From Roseburia sp. (GTDB taxonomy: Bacteria; Bacillota; Clostridia; Lachnospirales; Lachnospiraceae), in contig JAMOZS010000006.1 in the NCBI GenBank assembly GCA_023667765.1, forward strand, positions 537 to 64,536: a stretch of DNA of 64,000 bases, written 5' to 3'. Below the pieces are notes generated by a model. The model was not told the DNA's origin, did no database searches, and was given only the letters and a program-made list of their open reading frames with translations. Numbering within the stretch: the stretch's first letter is position 1; each line of letters opens with the position of its first letter. The translations under genes were made by a program, and so were the position numbers. This document shows positions 27,080 through 35,462 of the stretch, piece by piece.

Positions 27080-28042
27080 ATGCGCCAGCAGACTACTTTG
27101 TTTAAGGACATGATTTTGGCTGATGATAAAGCCAGATATGATGATGCCTGTAAAAGACTGCTTGCAGAAAAAATGATTCTTGCATGGATTATGAGAGCCT
27201 GTTTGGAGGAATACCGCCCATATGATGTGAAAGAGATTGCAGAAAAGTATATTGAGGGTATTCCGCAGGTGTCGGAAACAGGGATATTGTTGGAGGACGC
27301 CACATCAGGAAGTAAGATAACAGCTACAGGGGTTGAAGATATTACCATAACAGAGGGTAAAATTATTTTTGATATACGATTCAATGCAATAGCGCCAAAA
27401 AGTGGAAAGATAGAACATTATATTATCAATGTGGAGGCACAAAATAATTTTTATCCGGGTTATCCTTTGGTAAAACGCGCTATATATTATGGTAGTCGTA
27501 TGATATCGGCGCAATATGGCACTATCTTTGTAAAGTCGCACTATGAGCGAATTCAAAAGGTCTATTCTATTTGGATATGTATGAATCCGCCCAAAGAGCG
27601 CAGAAATACAATAACAGGTTATTCTATAACAGAAGATAATTATGTGGGGCATGTGACGGAAAAGAAGGAATACTACGATTTACTTACGATAATAATGATT
27701 TGTCTGGGCATCTCTGAGGAGGACAGCCATAATAAAATTCTCAGGTTGCTGTATTTACTATTTCTATCAGATAGAGAGCCGGATAAGAAATGTGAGATAT
27801 TGGAAAAAGAATTTGATATTCCAATGACAGAAGCTATAGAGAGAGAGGTGACGACTATGTGTAATCTCAGTCAGGGTGTAGAGAATAGAGGGATTGCGAA
27901 AGGAATACAACAGGGAATACAAGTATTGATTAGCGTTTTTAAGGAATTGGGAAAAACCTATGAGGAAACAACGGAGAAAGTGCAGGAGAAATTTTCTCTG
28001 ACCGAAGAGCAAGCGGCAGAGAGTATGGAAAAATATTGGTAG
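27080..28042 (+). CDS. Rpn-family PD-(D/E)XK recombination-promoting nuclease / putative transposase
   Basis: FDIRF...INVEAQ nuclease core, KRAIYYGSRMISAQ, Y..IQKVYSIWI, and C-terminal GIAKGIQQGIQ. Confidence 0.8.
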   Translation: MRQQTTLFKDMILADDKARYDDACKRLLAEKMILAWIMRACLEEYRPYDVKEIAEKYIEGIPQVSETGILLEDATSGSKITATGVEDITITEGKIIFDIRFNAIAPKSGKIEHYIINVEAQNNFYPGYPLVKRAIYYGSRMISAQYGTIFVKSHYERIQKVYSIWICMNPPKERRNTITGYSITEDNYVGHVTEKKEYYDLLTIIMICLGISEEDSHNKILRLLYLLFLSDREPDKKCEILEKEFDIPMTEAIEREVTTMCNLSQGVENRGIAKGIQQGIQVLISVFKELGKTYEETTEKVQEKFSLTEEQAAESMEKYW

Positions 28043-28088
28043 TTTTTGTTTCTGTGCGATTTTTTGGGGAGCTTGGCAGAAAATCATA

Positions 28089-28114
28089 TAAAAACCAGTG
28101 GAATAAACCGATAT
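28089..28114 (+). promoter_or_regulatory. Possible sigma28 promoter upstream of licD
   Basis: TAAA-N14-ACCGATAT; the spacer is one base short of the other copies. Confidence 0.45.
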
Positions 28115-28139
28115 ATTCATATATAATGTAAGAAATAGG

Positions 28140-28237
28140 ATGCGCACTCATGCGAATGGAAATATGCTGCAAAAGCAGCCAAGTCTCTCAAGATTGAGGG
28201 ATACAGGGAGTTGAAGCGGACTTGTCCGCTTTGTTCT
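28140..28237 (+). repeat. Three-hairpin repeat, copy 3
   Basis: atgcgcactc...gaaatat-gctgc-aaaa-gcagc-caagt-ctctcaa-ga-ttgaggg...aagcggac-tt-gtccgctt-tgttct. Confidence 0.85.
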
Positions 28238-28258
28238 AGTCTGAATGGGAGAAGAATT

Positions 28259-29776
28259 ATGCTGGAGTTTCAGAAGGGTTTTTTTGAACAGGAGGTTCGA
28301 GAGGGCTTTTATATTGATACAACTATGAAAACCGTGTGGGCAGCAGAGCTTGAGGTATTGCAGACGGTAGCCGAGGTGTGCGATAAGTATGGTCTTGCCT
28401 GGTATGCAGGTTATGGAACTCTGTTGGGAGCGGTGAGACATCAGGGCTTCGTGCCCTGGGATGATGATATGGATATCCTGATGAAACGAGAGGATTATAT
28501 GAAGCTGCTTGCGGTATTGCCAAAGGAGCTGCCGGAGGGCTTTCGGGTACGCAGTCCTTTTTCCGAGGAGGGATATTCCGAATATCACGGCAATGTCATA
28601 AACGGGAGCGGAGTCAGTATTGCGCCGGATTTTTTGAGCAGATTTCACGGATGTCCTTTTACCGTGGGATTAGATATTTTTCCGTTGGATTATCTGCCCC
28701 GGGATAGGGGGGAACGGGAGCTGCAGAAGAGCTTGTTTACGTTGGCGGGGCGGGGAACGCAGATGGCCAAGGATATACTGGAGCTGATGAAGGAAGCTTC
28801 GGGGGACGATGAAGGTGAGGAAGACAATCAGCAGAAGATAGAAGCCTGTAAGAAGGAACTGACAAATGCCATTGATGCATTGGAGCAATATTGCAAGGTA
28901 ACCTTTGACAGAACATTGATTTTGGAGGAGCGCTGGGAAGAGCTGCTGCCTCCTCTGTGGAAGCTTGCCAATCAGCTTGCCATGATGTACAGGGAAGAGG
29001 AAAGCGATTATCTGGTAATGTATGGGGATTATATTACCTGGGAGAAAAAGATTTTTCCGAAGGAATGGTTTGACGAGACGGTGGGGCTTCCCTTTGAAAA
29101 TTTCATGATTCCGGCAGTAAAGGAATATGATAGTTTTTTGAGAATGGTATATGGAGACTATTCGATAGTCGTCAAAAAGAGCGGAATGCATGAGTATCCT
29201 TTCTATAAAAGGCAGCTTGTGGATTTGAGGGAATATGTAAAGGATGTAGAGTCCAGGAGTCAAAAGCTTGGTCTGTTGTCGCCTGTCCCAGAGGAGGAAA
29301 ACAAAGAACAGGAGGATATGCCTGCATCCTGGAAGGCGGTTTTGGAAAAGCCTGACGGAAGCCGTAAGAAAGTGCTTCTGTATACCAATAACGCCGGAGA
29401 ACTGATAAAATATGGGGAAAAAATGCTGAAAAAGATGGAAGAGGTATTCGGAATTCTGCAGAAGGAGCAGGAGAATATCGCTCTATGGTGGCGGCCCCAC
29501 AAGGCGATTCCCCAGACGGTGAGCGCTGCCGCTCCCGAGCTTTGGGAAAAATATCAACAGCTTGTGGAAGCGTATCAGAAAGAGGGCTTTGGGATTTACG
29601 ACACGACGGATAAGGAAGAGCGGGCGATGGAAGCCAGCGATGCCTATTACGGAGATATGAACGCTCTGTTGCAGTCCTATCAGGAGACGGGGAAACCCAT
29701 TATGATACTGCATTGCCGGACAGCAGAAGAAGAGTCTGGCGGCATTTTAGACGGCAGTAAAGACGGAGATGAATAG
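28259..29776 (+). CDS. LicD-family phosphotransferase with a C-terminal glycerophosphotransferase-like domain
   Basis: GTLLGAVRHQGFVPWDDDMDI and GLDIFPLD. C-terminal WWRPH..SDAYYGD..GKPIMI. Confidence 0.85.
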   Translation: MLEFQKGFFEQEVREGFYIDTTMKTVWAAELEVLQTVAEVCDKYGLAWYAGYGTLLGAVRHQGFVPWDDDMDILMKREDYMKLLAVLPKELPEGFRVRSPFSEEGYSEYHGNVINGSGVSIAPDFLSRFHGCPFTVGLDIFPLDYLPRDRGERELQKSLFTLAGRGTQMAKDILELMKEASGDDEGEEDNQQKIEACKKELTNAIDALEQYCKVTFDRTLILEERWEELLPPLWKLANQLAMMYREEESDYLVMYGDYITWEKKIFPKEWFDETVGLPFENFMIPAVKEYDSFLRMVYGDYSIVVKKSGMHEYPFYKRQLVDLREYVKDVESRSQKLGLLSPVPEEENKEQEDMPASWKAVLEKPDGSRKKVLLYTNNAGELIKYGEKMLKKMEEVFGILQKEQENIALWWRPHKAIPQTVSAAAPELWEKYQQLVEAYQKEGFGIYDTTDKEERAMEASDAYYGDMNALLQSYQETGKPIMILHCRTAEEESGGILDGSKDGDE

Positions 29777-29790
29777 TAAGAAGGTGCGGC

Positions 29791-30657
29791 ATGATTTCAG
29801 TCAGAGATTTATCCAGCCAATATGGCGATACGATAGCATTGCAGAATGTCAGCTTTGACTTGGCGGAGGGAGATTTCCTCACGATATTTGGCGGGGACGA
29901 TGCAGGAAAGACTACTTTGCTTCGGATATTGATGGGGTTTCGCACGAGATATTCGGGAACGGTGAAGCTATGGGGAAAGCGGCCGAACAGACTGACCAGG
30001 GAGCAGCAGAGCCGGCTGCGGTTTTTGCCGGATGATATTATATGGGAAGGGCATCTTACCGGGGAAGAATATCTTTCCTATATACAGAGGTGCAGCGAGG
30101 TTTATGACGGAGAATACCAGGAAGAGCTATGCAGGCGCTTTGGCGTCGTTTTGGAGGAGGGGCTGTTAGACACTTCCTATCAGAACAATAAGCTGGTACA
30201 GATGATAGGAGCCTTATGTGTCAGACCGAAGTTAATCCTGCTGGATGAGCCTTCTACTTATCTTGAGACTGAGGTATATCGTATTTTATGCGAATTGCTG
30301 CAGGAGCATTGTCGGCAGGGCGGAGGCGTTCTGGTGACGGAGAAAAGTTATGAAACTGCGAGGGAGTACAGCAGCAGATGTATTTATTTAAAGGAAGGGA
30401 AAATAGCGGTAAATGCCCGGGTTACGCATCCTGATATCCGCTGTAAGGCGGTAACGGTACGGGGCGGGCAGGAAGAGTATTTGAATCAATACCTATCCCG
30501 ATTCATTTGTGAACGCAAGGGTACAAGGACATATCTGTATAAGGGAGATATGAAAACACTGGCGGCTCTGATGTATCATGCGGAGTGTGCGGATTGGATT
30601 GTGGAGGAGCTTACGCTGACGGAGGAGCTGGAAGGTAATTATGCAAGGTGGAAATAG
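29791..30657 (+). CDS. ABC ATPase-like subunit with degenerate motifs
   Basis: Walker A GGDDAGKTT, Walker B LILLDEP, signature replaced by TSYQN, no H-loop His (VTEKS). Confidence 0.75.
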   Translation: MISVRDLSSQYGDTIALQNVSFDLAEGDFLTIFGGDDAGKTTLLRILMGFRTRYSGTVKLWGKRPNRLTREQQSRLRFLPDDIIWEGHLTGEEYLSYIQRCSEVYDGEYQEELCRRFGVVLEEGLLDTSYQNNKLVQMIGALCVRPKLILLDEPSTYLETEVYRILCELLQEHCRQGGGVLVTEKSYETAREYSSRCIYLKEGKIAVNARVTHPDIRCKAVTVRGGQEEYLNQYLSRFICERKGTRTYLYKGDMKTLAALMYHAECADWIVEELTLTEELEGNYARWK

Positions 30658-31537
30658 ACAGTTAAAGGTGGTATGGCGGCGGGAGTGGGATTATCAGAAG
30701 CGTGGGCTGCTCATACAATGGGCGGTGGGAGTAAGCCTTTTGCTGCTGCTGTTTCTCATTTACAGTCTGAAGGAATCGTGGCTGTTTAACGGATTATCCT
30801 ATGTGAAGGCTTTGCCTCCGGCGCTGTATGCCTTTGTGGGATTTACGGAGGAAACCTTGCCCAGCGGCAGTCTGTTTACGTTTATAGAGCTTTTCGTGAT
30901 GTGCCTTCATGTATGGCTGGCGTGGAGCTTTGGAGCCCGGGGGATGCAGAGCATCTGGCGGGAGGAAGAGGACAATCACATTTATCTGATAGCTAATCAA
31001 TGGTGCGGCCGATATGAGCTGGCAATTTATAAGTTTACATGGTCGGCAGTAAGTATGCTGGCAACGTATGTCGCTTTGTTCCTGCCCGGGGTTGTCTTGC
31101 TGCTGGCAGGCAGCGCAAGCCGCGTGCTGTTGTTGGAAAATGTCATGGCAATGCTTGGATGGATGATAAGAGGCTGTTTTGTCTTACTGCTGCTTTTAAC
31201 AGTGTGCGTCAGCTACGCTTTGTGCTGTGGCTACAGAGAACAGACCTATTGGGCGGGCGGTGTTGTGTTTGGAACGCTTATCATAGGGAATCTGTATAAA
31301 ATAAGAGATTTGGCATGCTGGATTCTGGAACGCTTACAGATAAATGGTGAGCTTTTCAACCGGTTATTAGGCTGGTTGGACGGATTGTATTGGATTTCTC
31401 CGTTGTCATGGCTGAATCCCTTTCGTGAGGCGGGAGCGTTACAGATTACAGGGCAGACAGTGTTATGTATCATAATTGCAGGCATATTTGGACTGGCGGG
31501 TATATTCCGCTACCGAACAAGAGAACTTGGCTGGTAG
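30641..31537 (+). CDS. ABC-2 type permease-like membrane protein
   Basis: Multiple TM helices, C-terminal SPLSWLNP, overlaps the ATPase gene. Confidence 0.7.
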   Translation: MQGGNRQLKVVWRREWDYQKRGLLIQWAVGVSLLLLLFLIYSLKESWLFNGLSYVKALPPALYAFVGFTEETLPSGSLFTFIELFVMCLHVWLAWSFGARGMQSIWREEEDNHIYLIANQWCGRYELAIYKFTWSAVSMLATYVALFLPGVVLLLAGSASRVLLLENVMAMLGWMIRGCFVLLLLLTVCVSYALCCGYREQTYWAGGVVFGTLIIGNLYKIRDLACWILERLQINGELFNRLLGWLDGLYWISPLSWLNPFREAGALQITGQTVLCIIIAGIFGLAGIFRYRTRELGW

Positions 31538-31567
31538 GGCAGGAGTTCCCGAAGCAGGAAGGGAGGT

Positions 31568-32221
31568 ATGGAGATGAAAAAATATATCAGTGCAGCGTTA
31601 GTGATATTGCTTCTTGTTGGTTTCATGCCGCATACTCCGGTGGCATATGCGACGGCCGTAGTCGGAGAAGGGACTTGCGTGGACTATTGGGAGGGAAGCA
31701 TAAGCGGAAATGATGCAATCAGGACAAGGCAGCAGGATGTGGTATCGCTGCAGGTTCCGCAAAATCTGGACTTTCTTATGGACCCGTATGGGATGATTAA
31801 CGACACCCAGATTCACTCCGACAGGTATTGCTTTCGCAACACAGGCGATACAGCCGTCCGTTTAAGTCTGACCAATATTGTATGTGAGCTTGCCCAGGGC
31901 GTAGCGGTGGCTCCGGCAGAGATATCTGAGGAGGATATCCGGGAAAGTGAAGATAAGCTGATTCGCCTTCAGCTGTACTTTGAAGACGGCAGCTTTATCA
32001 CAGTGAGTCAGGACCCGGGAGTTTATGAGCTTGTATTGGAAGCGGGAGAGAGCGCAGAATTTTCCATCGGCGGCTGTATGAGCGTTGGGGCGAAGGATGT
32101 CTGGGAAGACGGCGATGCGGGAATTTCAATGATTTATGATGTGAAAAGGGTAAATGAGGAATTTGGACAGGAGTCCGAGAATAAACTTGAAAATAATTCG
32201 GAATACATCTTAAGTTATTGA
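31568..32221 (+). CDS. Secreted hypothetical protein, paralogous to 33118..34233
   Basis: Signal peptide MKKYISAALVILLLVGF..AYA. Shares the DFLMDPYGMI motif with the 33118 protein. Confidence 0.7.
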   Translation: MEMKKYISAALVILLLVGFMPHTPVAYATAVVGEGTCVDYWEGSISGNDAIRTRQQDVVSLQVPQNLDFLMDPYGMINDTQIHSDRYCFRNTGDTAVRLSLTNIVCELAQGVAVAPAEISEEDIRESEDKLIRLQLYFEDGSFITVSQDPGVYELVLEAGESAEFSIGGCMSVGAKDVWEDGDAGISMIYDVKRVNEEFGQESENKLENNSEYILSY

Positions 32222-32236
32222 GAACATAGCCGATAT
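32210..32236 (+). promoter_or_regulatory. sigma28-like promoter upstream of the surface-protein pair
   Basis: TTAAGTTA (compare TAAAGTTT), N15 spacer, exact GCCGATAT. Confidence 0.6.
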
Positions 32237-32259
32237 ATATTTCAGTAATAATTATGACC

Positions 32260-32290
32260 TACGGGAAACGCTTTAATCAGTGTTCCCCTA
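32260..32290. repeat. Degenerate copy of the 25441 palindrome
   Basis: tacgggaaacgctttaatcagtgttccccta. Confidence 0.6.
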
Positions 32291-32385
32291 ATGTACCTGT
32301 AGGGTTAAGGTGATATATTGTATTGGCAGTACAACAGCAGCATATTTTGTGACTGTAGATTTTAGAAAAATGTAAAAGGAAGTAA

Positions 32386-32414
32386 TTGACATTTCACAGA
32401 TAGATTAGTATAAT
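32386..32414 (+). promoter_or_regulatory. sigmaA promoter
   Basis: TTGACA-N17-TATAAT, exact consensus. Confidence 0.85.
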
Positions 32415-32438
32415 ATCTCTAGGAAATAAGTACTAGAT

Positions 32439-32456
32439 TGTGATTGGTATCTCACA
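32439..32456. promoter_or_regulatory. Palindromic operator candidate
   Basis: TGTGA-N8-TCACA, just downstream of the sigmaA promoter. Confidence 0.4.
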
Positions 32457-32503
32457 GCGGAGACGCTGTTTAGATATAGGGCTGGCGAGGAGGAACTGCA
32501 GGG

Positions 32504-33055
32504 ATGGCAGACAAGGATGTTACCCGTAGAATCGAGAGAGGAGGCAGGACAAAGAAAAGCGGAAATGCCGGAATAATAGTGTTTTTGTTAGCAGTTATTA
32601 TCATTATGGCGTTTCTGACAATTATTGTAGTTACCTTGCGGGGAAAGAACGATGTATCGGCTGAAAAGCGCAATGTAGTAGTCAATGCGGAGAATGTGGA
32701 AGAGATTTTGGCCAGTTTAAGTGAACAGGATGTCAATGAGCCGGGCTATTATGAAGTTACCATGAACTCCGAATGGGTATTTGAGGACGGAAAGAGCATT
32801 TCTGAAAATGCATATGTAGAAAATGCCGTTACAAATACAAACGACGTATATTTTGATGTGAATCTGAAGGATACGAACGAATTGATTTACAGTTCGCCCA
32901 TATTACCTTTGGGAAGTCATATTGAGAATATTACATTGGATAAAGAGCTTGCAGCTGGAACCTATGATTGTATCATGACCTATCATTTGGTGGATGAAAA
33001 TCAGGAGACGGTGAGTACATTGAAAATAACCCTTACAATCGAGATTCAAAATTAA
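32504..33055 (+). CDS. Membrane-anchored hypothetical protein with a beta-rich (Ig-like) ectodomain
   Basis: Basic N-terminus, single TM helix (IIVFLLAVIIIMAFLTIIVVTL), beta-strand-patterned C-terminus. Confidence 0.75.
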   Translation: MADKDVTRRIERGGRTKKSGNAGIIVFLLAVIIIMAFLTIIVVTLRGKNDVSAEKRNVVVNAENVEEILASLSEQDVNEPGYYEVTMNSEWVFEDGKSISENAYVENAVTNTNDVYFDVNLKDTNELIYSSPILPLGSHIENITLDKELAAGTYDCIMTYHLVDENQETVSTLKITLTIEIQN

Positions 33056-33117
33056 TTGCCAGCCAAAGAGCCTGTTTACAGGTTGTTTTATAATATTATT
33101 TCAAGGAGGAAAAACAT

Positions 33118-34233
33118 ATGAAATCATTTAAGAAAATCACAGCTACTGCACTGACGATGGCAATGATAGCTGCAAGCAGCATGACGGCATTTGCTGCACC
33201 TGGTGACGAGGATGAGGAGGTAACGACGCCTACAGAGACCGAAACTGAAACTGAAACCGAAGATGATGGTACTCAAACCGGTTCGTTAGGTGGAACAGGT
33301 ACTGTTGAAGGCGTTGTGAATAAGGATGTATTTGCTGTGGTTCTGCCTACAGTGGCTGAAGGAGCTACGACATTTGACTATGTTATGGACCCTCAGGGAT
33401 TAATCCTTACCACTAACCATGCAAAGTATGAGAACGCTACATTTGCAGCCGGAGCATCCGTATTCTTTAAAAATGCAAAAGTAGAAGGAGCTACGGATGA
33501 TCCTTATACCGCAACCAGTGACGCTCTTACTATTACCAATAAGAGTACTCTGGATGTAGATGTAACTCTTACGGCAACAGTTACCGCAGTAGAGGGTCTG
33601 ACTATGGCTGAGAGCGCTACTTTCGCAGCAGATGACACGGCAGCAAAGCTGTATCTGGCTCTGATTGGCGGAGAAGGCGAGACGGCCCAGACAAAGGCTA
33701 TTACTACCGAAGGTACTCAGATTACAACAAAGATGAACAAAGCTGCTGACGGCGCTTATAAAGTAGTATATAATTCTACAGATAGCGAGTATGTATACGA
33801 TTTGACGGATGAAGCAAAGGCTAACGATTATACTGGATTTTCCACTTACAGCTTCAAGCTTACCGGCGCCTGCAATACCAACACGGGCGTTGATTGGGAA
33901 GATTTGAAGGATGCAAATCCCGCTGTAGAGGTTGTATGGACGGTAGCAGATCCTACCAAGGCTCCTAAGGGCGTTTTTGAATCTGACGGAACGAACGATA
34001 TCGTAGTTTATTATACAGGAGCAAAGCCCAGCGAAGTTACCCTGACTCCTCCGGCAACAGCAGTAAAGAAGGCAGCAGTTAATTTGACAGCAGGCACCAA
34101 CCTTACGATTGATGATGAGAAGATTACTCTTAAGGCAAGCTATGTTGCAACTTTAAAGAAATCCGCTAACTATGGCGCTGGCACATATAAGATTGCTGTA
34201 AACGGAAAGACTACAGATGTTGTAATTAAATAA
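33118..34233 (+). CDS. Secreted Thr/Ala-rich surface protein, probably abundant
   Basis: Signal peptide MKSFKKITATALTMAMIAASSMTAFA, acidic (ET)n linker, CAAGGAGG RBS, flagellin-like codon usage, own terminator. Confidence 0.8.
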   Translation: MKSFKKITATALTMAMIAASSMTAFAAPGDEDEEVTTPTETETETETEDDGTQTGSLGGTGTVEGVVNKDVFAVVLPTVAEGATTFDYVMDPQGLILTTNHAKYENATFAAGASVFFKNAKVEGATDDPYTATSDALTITNKSTLDVDVTLTATVTAVEGLTMAESATFAADDTAAKLYLALIGGEGETAQTKAITTEGTQITTKMNKAADGAYKVVYNSTDSEYVYDLTDEAKANDYTGFSTYSFKLTGACNTNTGVDWEDLKDANPAVEVVWTVADPTKAPKGVFESDGTNDIVVYYTGAKPSEVTLTPPATAVKKAAVNLTAGTNLTIDDEKITLKASYVATLKKSANYGAGTYKIAVNGKTTDVVIK

Positions 34234-34271
34234 CAGAGGAAGCTATATTTTAAGAATATAGACTGGCCATA

Positions 34272-34296
34272 AAGGGGAGCGATTTTCGCTCCCCTT
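34272..34296 (+). terminator. Terminator after the surface protein
   Basis: aaggggagcg-atttt-cgctcccctt. Confidence 0.8.
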
Positions 34297-34355
34297 GTTA
34301 TCACTATCGGAGTAAATATCAGGTAGTACAATATAACAATGCAAAGAGGTTTCTG

Positions 34356-35462
34356 ATGGAAAAAGATTACAAAAAAATTTTGGTAACGCAGACTTCTATG
34401 CCTCCTTTTGAAGAATATGTGGAAGCGATACGTCCGCTGTGGGACAGCCGTTGGATAACCAATATGGGCTCTTATCATAAGCTGTTGGAAAAGAGGCTTA
34501 AAGAATATCTGGATGTTCCCAATTTTTCACTTATGGTAAATGGACATATGGCGTTGGAACTTGCCATACAGGCCTTTGGATTTCCGGAGGGAAGTGAAAT
34601 TATCACGACTCCCTTTACTTTTATATCTACGACTCATGCTATTGTACGCAATCGATTAAAACCAATTTTTTGTGATGTGAAATGGGAGGATGGTACAATA
34701 GATGAAACAAAGATTGAAGAATTGATTACAGAGCGTACTGTGGCTATTGTACCGGTACATGTGTATGGAAATGTATGTGAAATAGATGCGATTCAGCGTA
34801 TTGCAGATAAGTATAACCTGAAGGTTATCGTTGATGCCGCTCATTGTTTTGGAATAAAATATAAAGGCAGGGGAATAGGAAGTTACGGCGATGCGTCCGT
34901 ATTCAGTTTTCATGCTACAAAAGTATATCATACTATTGAAGGCGGAGGAATCGCTTTCAGAGATGAAAAATTGTATGATAAACTATATAATTTGAAAAAC
35001 TTTGGCATAAGAGGAGAAGAGCTGGTCACCGAAGTCGGCGCAAATGCAAAAATGAACGAATTCTGTGCGATTATGGGGCTCTGTAATCTGAATCACATTG
35101 ACCAAAGTATAGAAATGAGAAAACAAAAGTATGGTTGGTATAAACGGAATTTGGATAAGGCGTCTGGTCTGCGCTTTTTTGAACGGGATGAGGAAGCGAC
35201 AAATAATTATGCCTATTTTCCTGTGTTGTTAGAAGGAGAGGGCTCGGCTCGAAGAGACGAAGTATATAATCGTTTGAGACAGAACAATATTCATGCAAGA
35301 AAGTATTTCTATCCGCTCACCTCCGATCAGGCGTGCTTTAAAAATAAATATAGAAGTCTTTCGCTGGAGCGGGCAAGGATACTGGCGGAGCAGGTGCTTG
35401 TCCTGCCTATGTATGAGAGTCTACAGGAGGAAGATATAAACAGGATATGCAGTTTTATATAA
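34356..35462 (+). CDS. DegT/DnrJ/EryC1/StrS aminotransferase, VioA-like (dTDP-4-amino-4,6-dideoxyhexose)
   Basis: ILVTQTSMPP..WITNMG, IITTPFTF, VIVDAAH, SFHATK, NAKMNE. Confidence 0.85.
   Translation: MEKDYKKILVTQTSMPPFEEYVEAIRPLWDSRWITNMGSYHKLLEKRLKEYLDVPNFSLMVNGHMALELAIQAFGFPEGSEIITTPFTFISTTHAIVRNRLKPIFCDVKWEDGTIDETKIEELITERTVAIVPVHVYGNVCEIDAIQRIADKYNLKVIVDAAHCFGIKYKGRGIGSYGDASVFSFHATKVYHTIEGGGIAFRDEKLYDKLYNLKNFGIRGEELVTEVGANAKMNEFCAIMGLCNLNHIDQSIEMRKQKYGWYKRNLDKASGLRFFERDEEATNNYAYFPVLLEGEGSARRDEVYNRLRQNNIHARKYFYPLTSDQACFKNKYRSLSLERARILAEQVLVLPMYESLQEEDINRICSFI

Noticed and set aside
23081-28237. CRISPR array interpretation of the recurring repeat
   Set aside because: The copies are kilobases apart, separated by genes rather than spacers, and there are no cas genes.
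28211-28258. MKRTCPLCS N-terminus of the LicD ORF (also LSALF at 23186)
   Set aside because: This is translation of the three-hairpin repeat, not part of the protein.
33229-33262. gaaact/gaaacc hexamer repeat
   Set aside because: It encodes the (ET)n linker of the surface protein and is covered by that feature.
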